A stretch of 64,000 nucleotides of DNA from Candidatus Peregrinibacteria bacterium (GTDB lineage: Bacteria; Patescibacteriota; Gracilibacteria; UBA1369), in NCBI GenBank assembly GCA_963708185.1, contig OY970195.1, positions 32,001 through 96,000 of the forward strand, read 5' to 3'. This document shows, in pieces, positions 46,218-55,647 of the stretch. The position numbers were made by a program, and so were the translations under genes. The notes under the pieces were generated by a model. It saw only the letters and a list, made by a program, of their open reading frames with translations, searched no databases and was not told the origin of the DNA. The number at the start of each line of letters is the position of its first letter. Within the stretch, counting starts at the first letter, position 1.

Positions 46218-46585
46218 TCCAGTTGAAGGTTCGGAGTGTCGAATGCCTGGATTTTTGTTTCACCTGCGGCCGCTTGTTTGTCGAGGGTTTCAAAAGTGAA
46301 TACCGTATTGCGGGCATTACTCATGATGCCCAGGCTTGAGATGTGATACGGGTCATCCGCCGGGGATTCGAATTTGAGACTGATCGGTTTCATCGCGAAG
46401 AAGGAGTATCTTGCTCCCTGTCCGGAATCCCGATTGATGACGTAAAGTCCCCAAAAGTCCTGGCGGATGATAAAGGCCGGGGTCAGGATCCACAACAAAA
46501 ACAACCATCCGATATAGACGAGGGCGAGGATGCTGAGGACGCTTTTCCAGTCAAATGTGCGGAAGGATTTTTTCATCCACCGCAT
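46181..46585 (-). CDS. Hypothetical membrane-anchored protein
   Basis: N-terminal TM segment; overlaps the ABC ATPase start. Confidence 0.5.
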   Translation of the reverse strand: MRWMKKSFRTFDWKSVLSILALVYIGWLFLLWILTPAFIIRQDFWGLYVINRDSGQGARYSFFAMKPISLKFESPADDPYHISSLGIMSNARNTVFTFETLDKQAAAGETKIQAFDTPNLQLEWDTQKPLPQRQ

Positions 46586-46622
46586 TGTACACCAGGCCTT
46601 GGCTTTTTAGAACATGCCTTTC

Positions 46623-47450
46623 CTAGAACAGCCCCGCTTTTTTTGGAGTGTCTTTTTCGTCGTCTTCCGGAGGATCTGCCTCTTGTGCAGAGCGAGGCAT
46701 CACCTGCACGTTGGTGAAGTAGGTGTCGTAGAATTTTTTCATCTCGAGGAGTTTCTTGAGGACTTTTTCGTCGTCGCCGGCATCGATGTATTTGGGGTTC
46801 ACTTTAATGGAGATGTTTCCCGGCCAACTGTCCTGTTTAAGTTTGGTGAGAAAACTTTCGATCGGAAGGATACCTTCGGTGGGAAGATAGTATTGGCGGC
46901 CGAGTTTGACGTTGGAAAGGTGAACGTGGACGAGATATTTCTTCAAAGCTTTGTAGATGCGAATGAGCTCTTCGTGTTTTTGTGCAACGCGGGTGGTGTC
47001 GATACAGGCGTGCTTGAATTTCTTCATTTCGTTGACGTTCCCCATGGCGTGTTCGGGAATGATTCCCAAAAAGGTTTCGGAAGGGGCGTTTTCCAGGGCG
47101 ATGGAAATGTTTTCTTTCTGACGGATCTTGGGGATCTCGTTCTTGAGCCACTGGATATATTTGAAGTCGAAGATTTTGGGAGGCTGGACCACGATGATGC
47201 GGCAGCCGAGTTCTTTGGCCATGTTGACCGTTTCCATGACCTTTTTGGGACTGGAAACCGGAGGTGCCTGGATGGCGACCACGGGGATCTGGTACTGGTC
47301 CGAAAGCAGCTTCACGTACTTGGTGTTCTGCGTGTCGTAGTTCTTGAAGTCGATGGCTAGGTCCAGTCCGCCATATCCGGCTTGTTTCACAAAGTTGAAG
47401 ATGCGGTTGAGTCCGTAGCCACGAAGTGAGTCTGAAGAGAGGACAAGCAT
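46623..47450 (-). CDS. Sugar phosphate isomerase/epimerase (AP-endonuclease-2 TIM barrel) family
   Basis: AGYGGLDL, IALEN, CIDTT, HVHLSN motifs. Confidence 0.75.
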   Translation of the reverse strand: MLVLSSDSLRGYGLNRIFNFVKQAGYGGLDLAIDFKNYDTQNTKYVKLLSDQYQIPVVAIQAPPVSSPKKVMETVNMAKELGCRIIVVQPPKIFDFKYIQWLKNEIPKIRQKENISIALENAPSETFLGIIPEHAMGNVNEMKKFKHACIDTTRVAQKHEELIRIYKALKKYLVHVHLSNVKLGRQYYLPTEGILPIESFLTKLKQDSWPGNISIKVNPKYIDAGDDEKVLKKLLEMKKFYDTYFTNVQVMPRSAQEADPPEDDEKDTPKKAGLF

Positions 47451-47536
47451 GGGTTTGGTTTTTATTTAATTTCGTTTCATTATACCATAAAATCCCCTTT
47501 CTCAGCAAGAATGGAGAAGGGGCTTTTTATAAGGGT

Positions 47537-47776
47537 TTATTTTGAGGTGTGCTGGCTGGACGTCGGCGTTTGGTCGTGGTCCGGCTGGTGCTGTTTATTC
47601 GAGCTGCAGCTTTTGGAAATGAGCGCCGAAGCGATGAGTGCAGCGAAAAAAGGCGTGTAGTATTTGACGAAGTCCATGGTGTGCTGGCGTTGGAATTCGT
47701 TGAGATACATGCGGACCTCGCGCAGTTTCGGATCAGCGGGTTCCTCGATTTTTTCATCTTCGAAAAATTCTTTCAT
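47537..47776 (-). CDS. Small hypothetical membrane protein
   Basis: 79-aa ORF directly after serS, one hydrophobic segment. Confidence 0.5.
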   Translation of the reverse strand: MKEFFEDEKIEEPADPKLREVRMYLNEFQRQHTMDFVKYYTPFFAALIASALISKSCSSNKQHQPDHDQTPTSSQHTSK

Positions 47777-47785
47777 GCTGGTGAG

Positions 47786-49057
47786 TTATTTCCCGATGTG
47801 GGTCCGTCCGCCCATGTAGCCGCGCAGGACTTCGGGGATTTCGATGGTTCCGTCCTTTTGCTGGTAGTTTTCCATGATGGCCACGAGCGTGCGGCTGATG
47901 GCTACGGCCGTGCCGTTGAGAGTGTGGATATTTTCAGTACCTTTTTCACCTTTGGCGCCGCTTCTCATACGGATGTTGGCGCGGCGGGCCTGGTAGTCCG
48001 TGCAGTTGCTGCAGGAAGTAAGTTCACGGAATTTCTGCTGGGTGGGAATCCAGACTTCAATATCGTATTTTTTGGCGGCCGGGTTGCCGAGGTCCCCTCC
48101 GCAGATGTTCACGACCTGGTAGTGGAAGCTGAGTTCGCTCATGATCTCTTCCTCTGTGGCGAGGATGAGTTCGTGTTCGGATTCGGATTTGCTGGGATGG
48201 CAGAAGCTGAACATTTCCACTTTGTCGAACTGGTGGACGCGGATGATCCCGTAGGTATCCTTGCTGTAGCTGCCGGCTTCGCGGCGGAAGCATGTGGAAA
48301 ATCCCATGTAGCGCATGGGGAGTTTTTCAGTATCCACGATCTTGTCGGCGTGAAGCATGGCGAGGGGAACTTCCGACGTCCCCACCAGATAAAGGTTGTC
48401 GTCTTCGGGGTTCACGTGATAGATCTCGTTGCGGTCTGCGGGGAAAAAGCCGGTGGCGATCATGGCCTTTTCTTTCACCAATACCGGCGGGAGAATCGGG
48501 GCGAAGCCTTTGCTCGTGAGTTTCTGGATGACGAACTGCAGAATGGCGAACTCCAGGAGAACAAGGTCGTTTTTTAAGTAATAGAAACGGGTGCCGGATG
48601 TTTCGGCCGCGGTTTCGGTATCAATAAGGTCCCACTTTTTGCCGAGTTCCATGTGGTCGAGGGGTTCAAAGTCGAATGCGGGTTTTTTGCCCACGGTTTT
48701 GACGACGACGTTGTCTTCCTCACCTTTGCCTTCCGGGACCGAGTCCAGGGTGGGGTTGGGGATGAGCAGGGTTTCCGCTTCAAGGTCCAGTTTGAGTTTT
48801 TCCAGTTTTGGATCGAGCTCCTTGAGGCGGTCCTTGAGTTCCTTGGATTGTTCGAGCAGAGGTTTTTTGTCTTGAGCCTCCGGGATCTCTTTGGCGATTT
48901 TGTTCTGCTGGGCTTTGAGGTTTTCGACTTCGCCCATGAGTTTGCGGCGGTCCTCGTCCATTTTTATGACGGCATCAAGGTCGCCTGAATAGCGCTTTTT
49001 TAAAATAGCTTTCTTGATCTTATCCGGATTTTCAATAAGAAGTTTAAGGTCGATCAT
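47786..49057 (-). CDS. serS: Serine--tRNA ligase
   Basis: GTSEVPL, CFRREAGS, RVHQFDKVE, SCSNCTDYQARR, HTLNGT. Confidence 0.98.
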   Translation of the reverse strand: MIDLKLLIENPDKIKKAILKKRYSGDLDAVIKMDEDRRKLMGEVENLKAQQNKIAKEIPEAQDKKPLLEQSKELKDRLKELDPKLEKLKLDLEAETLLIPNPTLDSVPEGKGEEDNVVVKTVGKKPAFDFEPLDHMELGKKWDLIDTETAAETSGTRFYYLKNDLVLLEFAILQFVIQKLTSKGFAPILPPVLVKEKAMIATGFFPADRNEIYHVNPEDDNLYLVGTSEVPLAMLHADKIVDTEKLPMRYMGFSTCFRREAGSYSKDTYGIIRVHQFDKVEMFSFCHPSKSESEHELILATEEEIMSELSFHYQVVNICGGDLGNPAAKKYDIEVWIPTQQKFRELTSCSNCTDYQARRANIRMRSGAKGEKGTENIHTLNGTAVAISRTLVAIMENYQQKDGTIEIPEVLRGYMGGRTHIGK

Positions 49058-49163
49058 GGCAAAGTGAGTTCGTGGAAAGGAAGGATGTTGGAACCGGGAA
49101 CTATCCTATCACGCCCGGCTTGCGGGGGCTAGTGCGCATTTGGTTAAAACTCAGTTGGAAAGA

Positions 49164-50357
49164 CTATTGAATGTCCACGGATGAATATGATCCGGGACCG
49201 CCGCTGCCGTCATAGCCTTCAACGCTTTCACCTTCGCCCAACGTTTCATCCATTATAAAAAGATCACTGGGATGTGCGAGCGATGTTTCAATGAAAGTTC
49301 CTGGAGGGCATGTCTGATCTGCGGTCACATGGAAATTTTTTGTGGCACCCTTTGGAATGCCGTAGGGTGAAGGACAGCTCAAGTGAGCAATTTTTAAGAC
49401 ATCGGCGTTGGTGTAATCGCTTATTTTATCCAGGGCGCAGATCTGGGTTGTGCCGTTAAAAAGTTTAAAGTTTGAGATGTTGTCGGGGTTGCAGGTTCCG
49501 GTAAGATGAAGACTCATTCTTTGAAGAGCACCGTCATCGATCGCTCCCTCAGTGATGGTGAACTCGGCGATTGTTGCATTTTGTCCCGGAGTGGCTGTGG
49601 GGAGTGGGTTGTTTGCGGCGTTGATACTTATCATCCCTGTGCTGATTCCTCCGACTGTAAATTGTGATCCAGCAATACTTTCAGGAACTCCATCAAGTAT
49701 GGCATCGTTAGAAAAGTCTTCCTGGCGGGGAACATAGCGAAAGCCGTAGTTTCCTACGGACTGTTCAGTGAAATTGGCATAGAGGCAGAGTTCGTTTACA
49801 CTGTCAGCTGATAGAGGAAAATTTATTCCATCAAACGTATGGCTGAATGCCGTGTCGCTTCCGTTTTGAAATTCCGTCATGCGGCTGCCGTCCGGATAGG
49901 TTATGGTAAATTCGGTCTGGGTCGGGTCGCTGGCGCCTTCGGTTTCAAAGGTTGCGCTTTTCATTGATCCTTCTACGCAGCCGTTTTTGATGTTCCAGCA
50001 AAAAACAGGAACATTGGTGGAATCTTTTGCAATTGAAAGTCCTTCCGGCCCCACGAACTCGATCTGGATTTTATTGCAGTCAGGTGAGCCGCCGGTTCCT
50101 CCGGCTCCACCTTGTCCGCTCGAGCCTCCTGTTCCACCGGTTTCGTTTGAGGAAGAACCTCCCGTGCCGGAGGTGCTTTCGTTGTTATCAACCGGGAGTT
50201 CCGATCTTGCCCCGCATGCCGTGGTTGAGGCAAGTACGAGCAATGCAGCAATCCGGTTTCTGTTCAAAGATTTCAAGCGGCCAACCTGCGTCGGTGCAGT
50301 GTTGGTTGTTTCAGTATTTTTTTCGGTTTGTTCGCAGGAAAGTTTACGATCAATCAT
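49164..50357 (-). CDS. Putative surface lipoprotein with Gly/Ser linker and beta-rich domains
   Basis: Hydrophobic stretch then TAC lipobox, GARSEL, GTGGSS..GGAGGTGGS linker. Confidence 0.65.
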   Translation of the reverse strand: MIDRKLSCEQTEKNTETTNTAPTQVGRLKSLNRNRIAALLVLASTTACGARSELPVDNNESTSGTGGSSSNETGGTGGSSGQGGAGGTGGSPDCNKIQIEFVGPEGLSIAKDSTNVPVFCWNIKNGCVEGSMKSATFETEGASDPTQTEFTITYPDGSRMTEFQNGSDTAFSHTFDGINFPLSADSVNELCLYANFTEQSVGNYGFRYVPRQEDFSNDAILDGVPESIAGSQFTVGGISTGMISINAANNPLPTATPGQNATIAEFTITEGAIDDGALQRMSLHLTGTCNPDNISNFKLFNGTTQICALDKISDYTNADVLKIAHLSCPSPYGIPKGATKNFHVTADQTCPPGTFIETSLAHPSDLFIMDETLGEGESVEGYDGSGGPGSYSSVDIQ

Positions 50358-50434
50358 GAGTTGGATGGAAGAATGTTTAAAGAAGGTCGGATACTATCAA
50401 AATCCGGCTGAAAAAACAAGGGTATCGGCTAGTG

Positions 50435-50806
50435 TCAGGACGAGAGCAGTTTTTTTATTTTGCCGACGACACCGTTGCCGATTTTTTCCTGGTAGCGGTG
50501 GAGCAGAGCGATTTTGAAGAGGCTGAAGGCTTCGGCGTGGCAAACTTCGTGATCCGGGTAAAGTCTGCAGAGTTCGATGATTTTTTGTGCGGCGGGAATG
50601 ATGCTTTTTTTGAGATGGTCCACTGTATCGAGATCCATGAGGTGCCGGTATGCTGCGTCAATCGATGTTTCTCCGCTGGAGATGGTATCTTCAAGAACTG
50701 CCAGCATCGCTTGGGACAGCTGCCGGGAGTTTTCGATCGGTGGAAGAAGGCGCGGGGTGGTTTGTTCATCGGCGCTCTTTTCCGGATTTTGGCGTTCCTG
50801 GGACAT
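50435..50806 (-). CDS. Hypothetical protein
   Basis: 123-aa ORF co-oriented with its neighbours. Confidence 0.55.
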   Translation of the reverse strand: MSQERQNPEKSADEQTTPRLLPPIENSRQLSQAMLAVLEDTISSGETSIDAAYRHLMDLDTVDHLKKSIIPAAQKIIELCRLYPDHEVCHAEAFSLFKIALLHRYQEKIGNGVVGKIKKLLSS

Positions 50807-50830
50807 TGTTTTCGGGGTAACGTCTGCATT

Positions 50831-51511
50831 CTATACCCGGGAACGGCGTCTGAAAAGGTCGTGTACGCTGACGACCGTGCGGCCGTAGCCGCGGGTGAGT
50901 TTGTGGAAAAAACTTTCGGGGCCGGGGATGGGCTTCACCATCATGAAGTGCATGCCGAGTTGGCGCGCGCCGCCGTCGGTGAGGGGATTGTCTCCGACCA
51001 TGGCGCATTTTCTCGGGTGGACCTTGAGGTAGTGGTCGGCGGCGCGCTGGAAACCCGCGGCTTCGGGTTTGGGAGCGGCGTGTTTGACCACCGGGATGCC
51101 GAGCTGTTCAAAAATGACCCGTTCGCTGGCGTTGTTGGAAAACACGCAGACGTTCATCTTGGCGCGGATTTCGCGCAATTTTTCTACGACCGGTTCGGCA
51201 AAATTTTCGCCGTGATGGGCGACGAGTGTGCCGTCCACGTCCAAGATCAATCCCATGATGTAGCGACGGACGGCGTCAACATTCAGGTCTTCGATTTTTT
51301 CCAGTCTGGAATGGATCCTGGTCAACCGGGGATTGAAAGGCAGGCTCAGCGCGAAGCCGATTTTTTCAACGTTCAGTCCTTCGCGGTTTTCGTCGGCGAT
51401 ATGAAGAATGCCGTTTTGTCTGGCGGAAGGATAAATGATTTTTCCCGATACCGGCGTGGATTCGGGGTTTTGCCTTCTATCGCGGTTTTCCTGTGGGAAT
51501 TTGATGCTCAC
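50831..51511 (-). CDS. YqeG-like HAD-IIIA phosphatase
   Basis: ILDVDGTL, FSNN, KP, MVGDNPLTD. Confidence 0.85.
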   Translation of the reverse strand: MSIKFPQENRDRRQNPESTPVSGKIIYPSARQNGILHIADENREGLNVEKIGFALSLPFNPRLTRIHSRLEKIEDLNVDAVRRYIMGLILDVDGTLVAHHGENFAEPVVEKLREIRAKMNVCVFSNNASERVIFEQLGIPVVKHAAPKPEAAGFQRAADHYLKVHPRKCAMVGDNPLTDGGARQLGMHFMMVKPIPGPESFFHKLTRGYGRTVVSVHDLFRRRSRV

Positions 51512-51671
51512 AATTGAATGACAAAGGTTTCCTGAAGGGAAACTTTTAACAAAACCGGACGTTTTTGTCTAGGGGAAGTTGGTAAGGTTTTGAGCGTTTC
51601 ATATTATACTTTGTTGAGTACTCCGCTCTTCCAAGAGCAATATTCCTTATTTATTAATCCCCACAACGTCT

Positions 51672-52469
51672 ATGGCTTCAAATACAGCGGGAGATGTTTC
51701 CCATAAAATTCTTCGTTATGCCGGCAGTCTTTTTCTGCTTGCGGCCGCCAGTGTCATGGTCTGGCAGATGACCGGACCGAGCTGGTTCAAAAACATCAAA
51801 GCGGAAATTACCAACCAGCCGTATGCCCGTACCATTACGGTGGCAGGTGAAGGCAAAATCAGTGCCAAACCGGACATCGCCAACGTCAGTCTTTCGGTGG
51901 TTTCAAAAGGAAGCACCGTCAAACAGGTGACCACGGACAACAACACCAAGATGAATCAGGTTCTTGACGCGGTGAAAGGTCTCGGTGTCGATCCGAAGGA
52001 CATCACCACCACGGCGTACGACCTTTACCCGGAATACGATTACAGCACTCCGCTCCGTCCCGGTACGACCAACAAAATTATCGGTTATAACCTGACCCAG
52101 GAAGTGACGCTCAAAGTTCGCGACCTCACCAAGGTGGACGACATTCTTGATGCCGGCACCAAAGCCGGTGCCAACCAGGTCGGTTCGTTGAGTTTCGATA
52201 TCGACGATAAAGGTCCGGTCAAGAAAGAAGCGCGTCAGAAAGCTTTCGATGACGCTAAACAGAAGGCTCAGGAAATGGCTTCCCAGGCAGGCGTCAGCCT
52301 CGGCCGCGTCGTGACCTTCAGTGAAGAGTCCACGCCGACGCCGTATCCGATCTACAACATGGCCATGGATGTGAAGAGCGCCGGTGTTGCTGCTGCTCCG
52401 GCTCCGAGCATCGAACCGGGTTCCAAAGAACTGACGATGAACGTGAGCGTGACCTACGAGATTGAGTAG
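51672..52469 (+). CDS. SIMPL (DUF541) domain protein
   Basis: ITVAGEGKISAKPDIA..AFDDAKQKAQEMA..IEPGSKE..VSVTYEI. Confidence 0.92.
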   Translation: MASNTAGDVSHKILRYAGSLFLLAAASVMVWQMTGPSWFKNIKAEITNQPYARTITVAGEGKISAKPDIANVSLSVVSKGSTVKQVTTDNNTKMNQVLDAVKGLGVDPKDITTTAYDLYPEYDYSTPLRPGTTNKIIGYNLTQEVTLKVRDLTKVDDILDAGTKAGANQVGSLSFDIDDKGPVKKEARQKAFDDAKQKAQEMASQAGVSLGRVVTFSEESTPTPYPIYNMAMDVKSAGVAAAPAPSIEPGSKELTMNVSVTYEIE

Positions 52470-52503
52470 CCGCGTGGAGTGAAAGGCACAACGTTGTGAA
52501 TTT

Positions 52504-52533
52504 AAAAAGCCCCGCCGGTAGGCGGGGCTTTTT
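52504..52533. terminator. Bidirectional intrinsic terminator
   Basis: AAAAAGCCCCGCC-GGTA-GGCGGGGCTTTTT between convergent genes. Confidence 0.88.
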
Positions 52534-52545
52534 GTTGTGTGATTT

Positions 52546-53043
52546 TTATTCCATGGGGTTGTCCTGTTTTTTCGTGTTTTCTTCTTTGGCTTCTTCTGTG
52601 GCTTTTTCGGCCTTGATCCTTTTTTCCACGATATCCTTCGCTTTCTTTTTGTACGCAAAATACGCTCCGCCGAGGCCGAAGATAATGAAAAGCAGCCCGA
52701 TGATGAAGACGAGGCCCGGGGCCATCCATAAATCGAGGAGGCTGTTGATCTGGGCGTCCTGCGGATTTTTCGGGTTATAGAGGACGTCCACCTGTTTGCC
52801 GACGCCGAATTCCGGAGTGATCGTTCCGACGTTCGACGTGAATTTTACGGCTGTGCCGTCCGGCGCGGTGAACTGTACGACCGCATGGTAGGTGCTGTTT
52901 TTTGAACCGCCGAGTTGATTCTGGACGACGGTGCCGGTGGCATGTTTGCTGCTGAGAATGAAACTGTTCTGTCCGTTGAAGAGGAACATCCCGAAGACGA
53001 TGATGCCTACTCCGATGAGCGCGTTGTAGAGGCCACGGATCAT
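52546..53043 (-). CDS. DUF3592-like membrane protein
   Basis: TM-ATGTVV..VVQFTAPDG..GKQVDVLYNPKNPQDA-TM. Confidence 0.8.
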   Translation of the reverse strand: MIRGLYNALIGVGIIVFGMFLFNGQNSFILSSKHATGTVVQNQLGGSKNSTYHAVVQFTAPDGTAVKFTSNVGTITPEFGVGKQVDVLYNPKNPQDAQINSLLDLWMAPGLVFIIGLLFIIFGLGGAYFAYKKKAKDIVEKRIKAEKATEEAKEENTKKQDNPME

Positions 53044-53052
53044 GCGCAAAAT

Positions 53053-53862
53053 TTACAGGATTTTTCCTTCCTTGCGCAAGCGTTCTTCGATGGCTTTGAT
53101 TTCGGCGCGCTGCTCGTCGCTCATGCCGTCTCGGATTGCCTGACGCCGCGCTTCGATGCCGCGCCGGGTCAGTTCTTCCAGGCTTAAGGTCTGTTTATCT
53201 TTTGACGGCGATGGGATCGGTTCTGGTTGCCGTTTCTCTTCTTGTTGTGCAAGTCTTTTTTTTCCTTCCGCTGCGGCTTCCTCCCTTGCTTTTATTCCGC
53301 GTTCCCGGAGTTTTTTCGCGGTTGTTCTCCGTTCCCATAGTTTTTGCTGGCGGGATTGTGGTTGTGGAACGCACGGGACTGGTTTGGGTGCAGGTTCGTC
53401 TTGTTCCGGCTGAGGAAGTTGGGGAAATTCGCGTTCGAACATCTTGGCCTCGGTTTCGCTGAAAACTCCTCCGAACTTCATGCCGATAAGGGTGTTGCTG
53501 ATCTGGCTGACGACACGGAAAATAATATGACTGCAGGTTTCGCGATTGTCATCTGGTGTTTCATGGTCGCGTTTTTTTTGCGGCATGTGCTCACGGAGAT
53601 CGTGGCGCAGTTTCAGGACAAACCTTTCAAGATCCCGTTTGTGAATTTCCATTTCGGGCAGTTGTTCAACCGGCGTGCGTTGGCCGTTTTGTAGATAGAC
53701 CCCCAAAAGATCTTTGTTCGAGGCCATGGCCTCGTGGACGTATTCCAGGGCCCGGTCGTATTCCGTTTTCATGTTCGGGGAGATGGCCTCAAGAACGTCG
53801 GCTTCGTCGCGCTGTTCCTTGAACGCTTTGCCGATGGATTTTGTAAATTCGTTCAGTTTCAT
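53053..53862 (-). CDS. Hypothetical protein (charged, helical)
   Basis: 269-aa ORF. Confidence 0.6.
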   Translation of the reverse strand: MKLNEFTKSIGKAFKEQRDEADVLEAISPNMKTEYDRALEYVHEAMASNKDLLGVYLQNGQRTPVEQLPEMEIHKRDLERFVLKLRHDLREHMPQKKRDHETPDDNRETCSHIIFRVVSQISNTLIGMKFGGVFSETEAKMFEREFPQLPQPEQDEPAPKPVPCVPQPQSRQQKLWERRTTAKKLRERGIKAREEAAAEGKKRLAQQEEKRQPEPIPSPSKDKQTLSLEELTRRGIEARRQAIRDGMSDEQRAEIKAIEERLRKEGKIL

Positions 53863-53934
53863 GGGAAGTGGTTATAAGGGGCGATTGTAGCCAAAGAAAA
53901 CGGTTGTGCCAAGCTTTTTTTTCAGTTAGTATCG

Positions 53935-54357
53935 TTGCAAATAAATATTTCCGTTACGATTGTTGCTGTGTCCGGTCCAAAAGATCAACTGGGAAGAATA
54001 GATATCAGCTTTGAAGACCTCGATGAGGGTTGGGTTGACGATGACGTCGAACCTGGCACGGTGCCTTATCCACAGCCAACGAGCGGTTTTTTCAATAAAG
54101 GGCCGAAAGAGCTCGATCTGCTTTCACGGTTTGATGATGACGAAGCTACGCTGATCATCGATCTCGACCCGTATCTTCAAATGCTGGAGCCTCCGTATGC
54201 GGAGATCGCAGCCGCCGTGCGCGCGCGGTTCAAGGCTTTCGTGAAAAAATGTTTCGACGGGGAGTACGACGAAAGCGAAATCAACGCCATGTACAGCGAC
54301 GCTCGGCTGGTGCGCGAGAAGCTGGTCACGATCAAGAAAGCCGTTGATGCCGACTAA
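53935..54357 (+). CDS. Hypothetical acidic protein
   Basis: 140-aa ORF filling the gap; start uncertain. Confidence 0.5.
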   Translation: MQINISVTIVAVSGPKDQLGRIDISFEDLDEGWVDDDVEPGTVPYPQPTSGFFNKGPKELDLLSRFDDDEATLIIDLDPYLQMLEPPYAEIAAAVRARFKAFVKKCFDGEYDESEINAMYSDARLVREKLVTIKKAVDAD

Positions 54358-54361
54358 AGGG

Positions 54362-54919
54362 CTACTGCAGTTTTTTGAAAAATGCGTCGGCGATGCTGAT
54401 CTGCGTCAGTTTGTCGTTCGGAGCCATCACCAGAATGGAGACCGTTCCCTGGCGCGCGTCGAGACTGTTGTTGACCGCCGAATAGACCGCATCGTCGCCG
54501 AGTCCTCCGATGTCGCTGTAGGCGCCGTTGGGATATTTACCGTCGGGAATGTTCGCGGCAGCGGTCTCAAGGTTGCTGCGATAGTCTTCCATGTCGGAAG
54601 CGGCCTGGGCCACGCTGTCGACCATGGTCACCGTGAAGTAGACCTGGCCGCTTGAACCGTAGGTGCAGGTCCATTGTCCGTCGTTGAGCGGCATTGCTTT
54701 CGGCGAAGCCAGTTGGTCAGAGGGAATATCGACGATGGCTGAAAGATCGGCCGGGGAGAGGGTGTCGCAGCTGCCGTCGACAAGTTTGCCGCCGCCTGTA
54801 GATGCGACGTTCGTCGATGATCCCTGCTGGTTGGTCGCGGCAGGGGCACCTTGCTGGCATCCGGCAAAGATCGTCATGCTCAAAAATCCTGCCATGATGA
54901 AGGGTGAGAGTTTTTTCAT
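54362..54919 (-). CDS. Lipoprotein (DUF3558-like)
   Basis: FAGC lipobox; C..LS, WTCTYG, IGGLGDDAVY. Confidence 0.7.
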   Translation of the reverse strand: MKKLSPFIMAGFLSMTIFAGCQQGAPAATNQQGSSTNVASTGGGKLVDGSCDTLSPADLSAIVDIPSDQLASPKAMPLNDGQWTCTYGSSGQVYFTVTMVDSVAQAASDMEDYRSNLETAAANIPDGKYPNGAYSDIGGLGDDAVYSAVNNSLDARQGTVSILVMAPNDKLTQISIADAFFKKLQ

Positions 54920-54969
54920 GGTTTTATGTAAAGGGGTATGGTCGTCTGCCGTGGGAGCAGGCCGGTTGG

Positions 54970-55590
54970 TTATTGTAACGTTGCGAGGAAGGCCTTGGCA
55001 ATCTGGACCTCCTGATCTTCGTTGTTGGGAGAGATCACAATGACAGTGACGTTGCCCTGGCGCGCTTCAACCTTTCCGCTTTCGGCGGCGTACATGGCTT
55101 CATCGCCGAGGTTGGGGATGGTGGCTACGGTTCCAAGGCCCGGGAGATCTTCCTGGACCGCGGTCTTGGCGTCATCGGGGCCGTTGGAAACTCTTACAGT
55201 GAATGACGCTGAGCCGTCGCCGTAGACGCAGGTGTAGATGCCTTCGCTGAAGCTGTTCACGACCATGGGGATCTGGTCCGCGGTTGTGCCGAGGATGTTG
55301 GCGACGACGTCGGAGGTCATGCCGTTACAGGTCTTGCTGTCGAAAGCGTAGGTTTTGTCGGTTGCTCCGTTGCCGGCCGGGTTGATGGTCAGTGAAGTGT
55401 TCTGGTCGGACGTAGACTGCGGGTTGATGGTGAGCGAAGCGTTCTGATCCGCCGGTGTGGTTGAGGTTCCGGTCGATGCGGTGGTTGAGGTCGTTGAAGA
55501 CGGAGCCGCGGGCGCGTTCTGCTGGCAGGCTGCGAGGGTCATCATGCTGACCATTCCAATGGCTGCGATGGCGAGGTGTCGGTTGTTCAT
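54970..55590 (-). CDS. Lipoprotein, paralog of 54362-54919
   Basis: LAAC lipobox; YTCVYG, IPNLGDEAMY, ARQGNV; ATG at 55590. Confidence 0.7.
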   Translation of the reverse strand: MNNRHLAIAAIGMVSMMTLAACQQNAPAAPSSTTSTTASTGTSTTPADQNASLTINPQSTSDQNTSLTINPAGNGATDKTYAFDSKTCNGMTSDVVANILGTTADQIPMVVNSFSEGIYTCVYGDGSASFTVRVSNGPDDAKTAVQEDLPGLGTVATIPNLGDEAMYAAESGKVEARQGNVTVIVISPNNEDQEVQIAKAFLATLQ

Positions 55591-55647
55591 ACAAAAAAGT
55601 AAAAGGCTGACGTTGAGTATAGCCCTTTCCGGTTCCAAAGCCAATTT

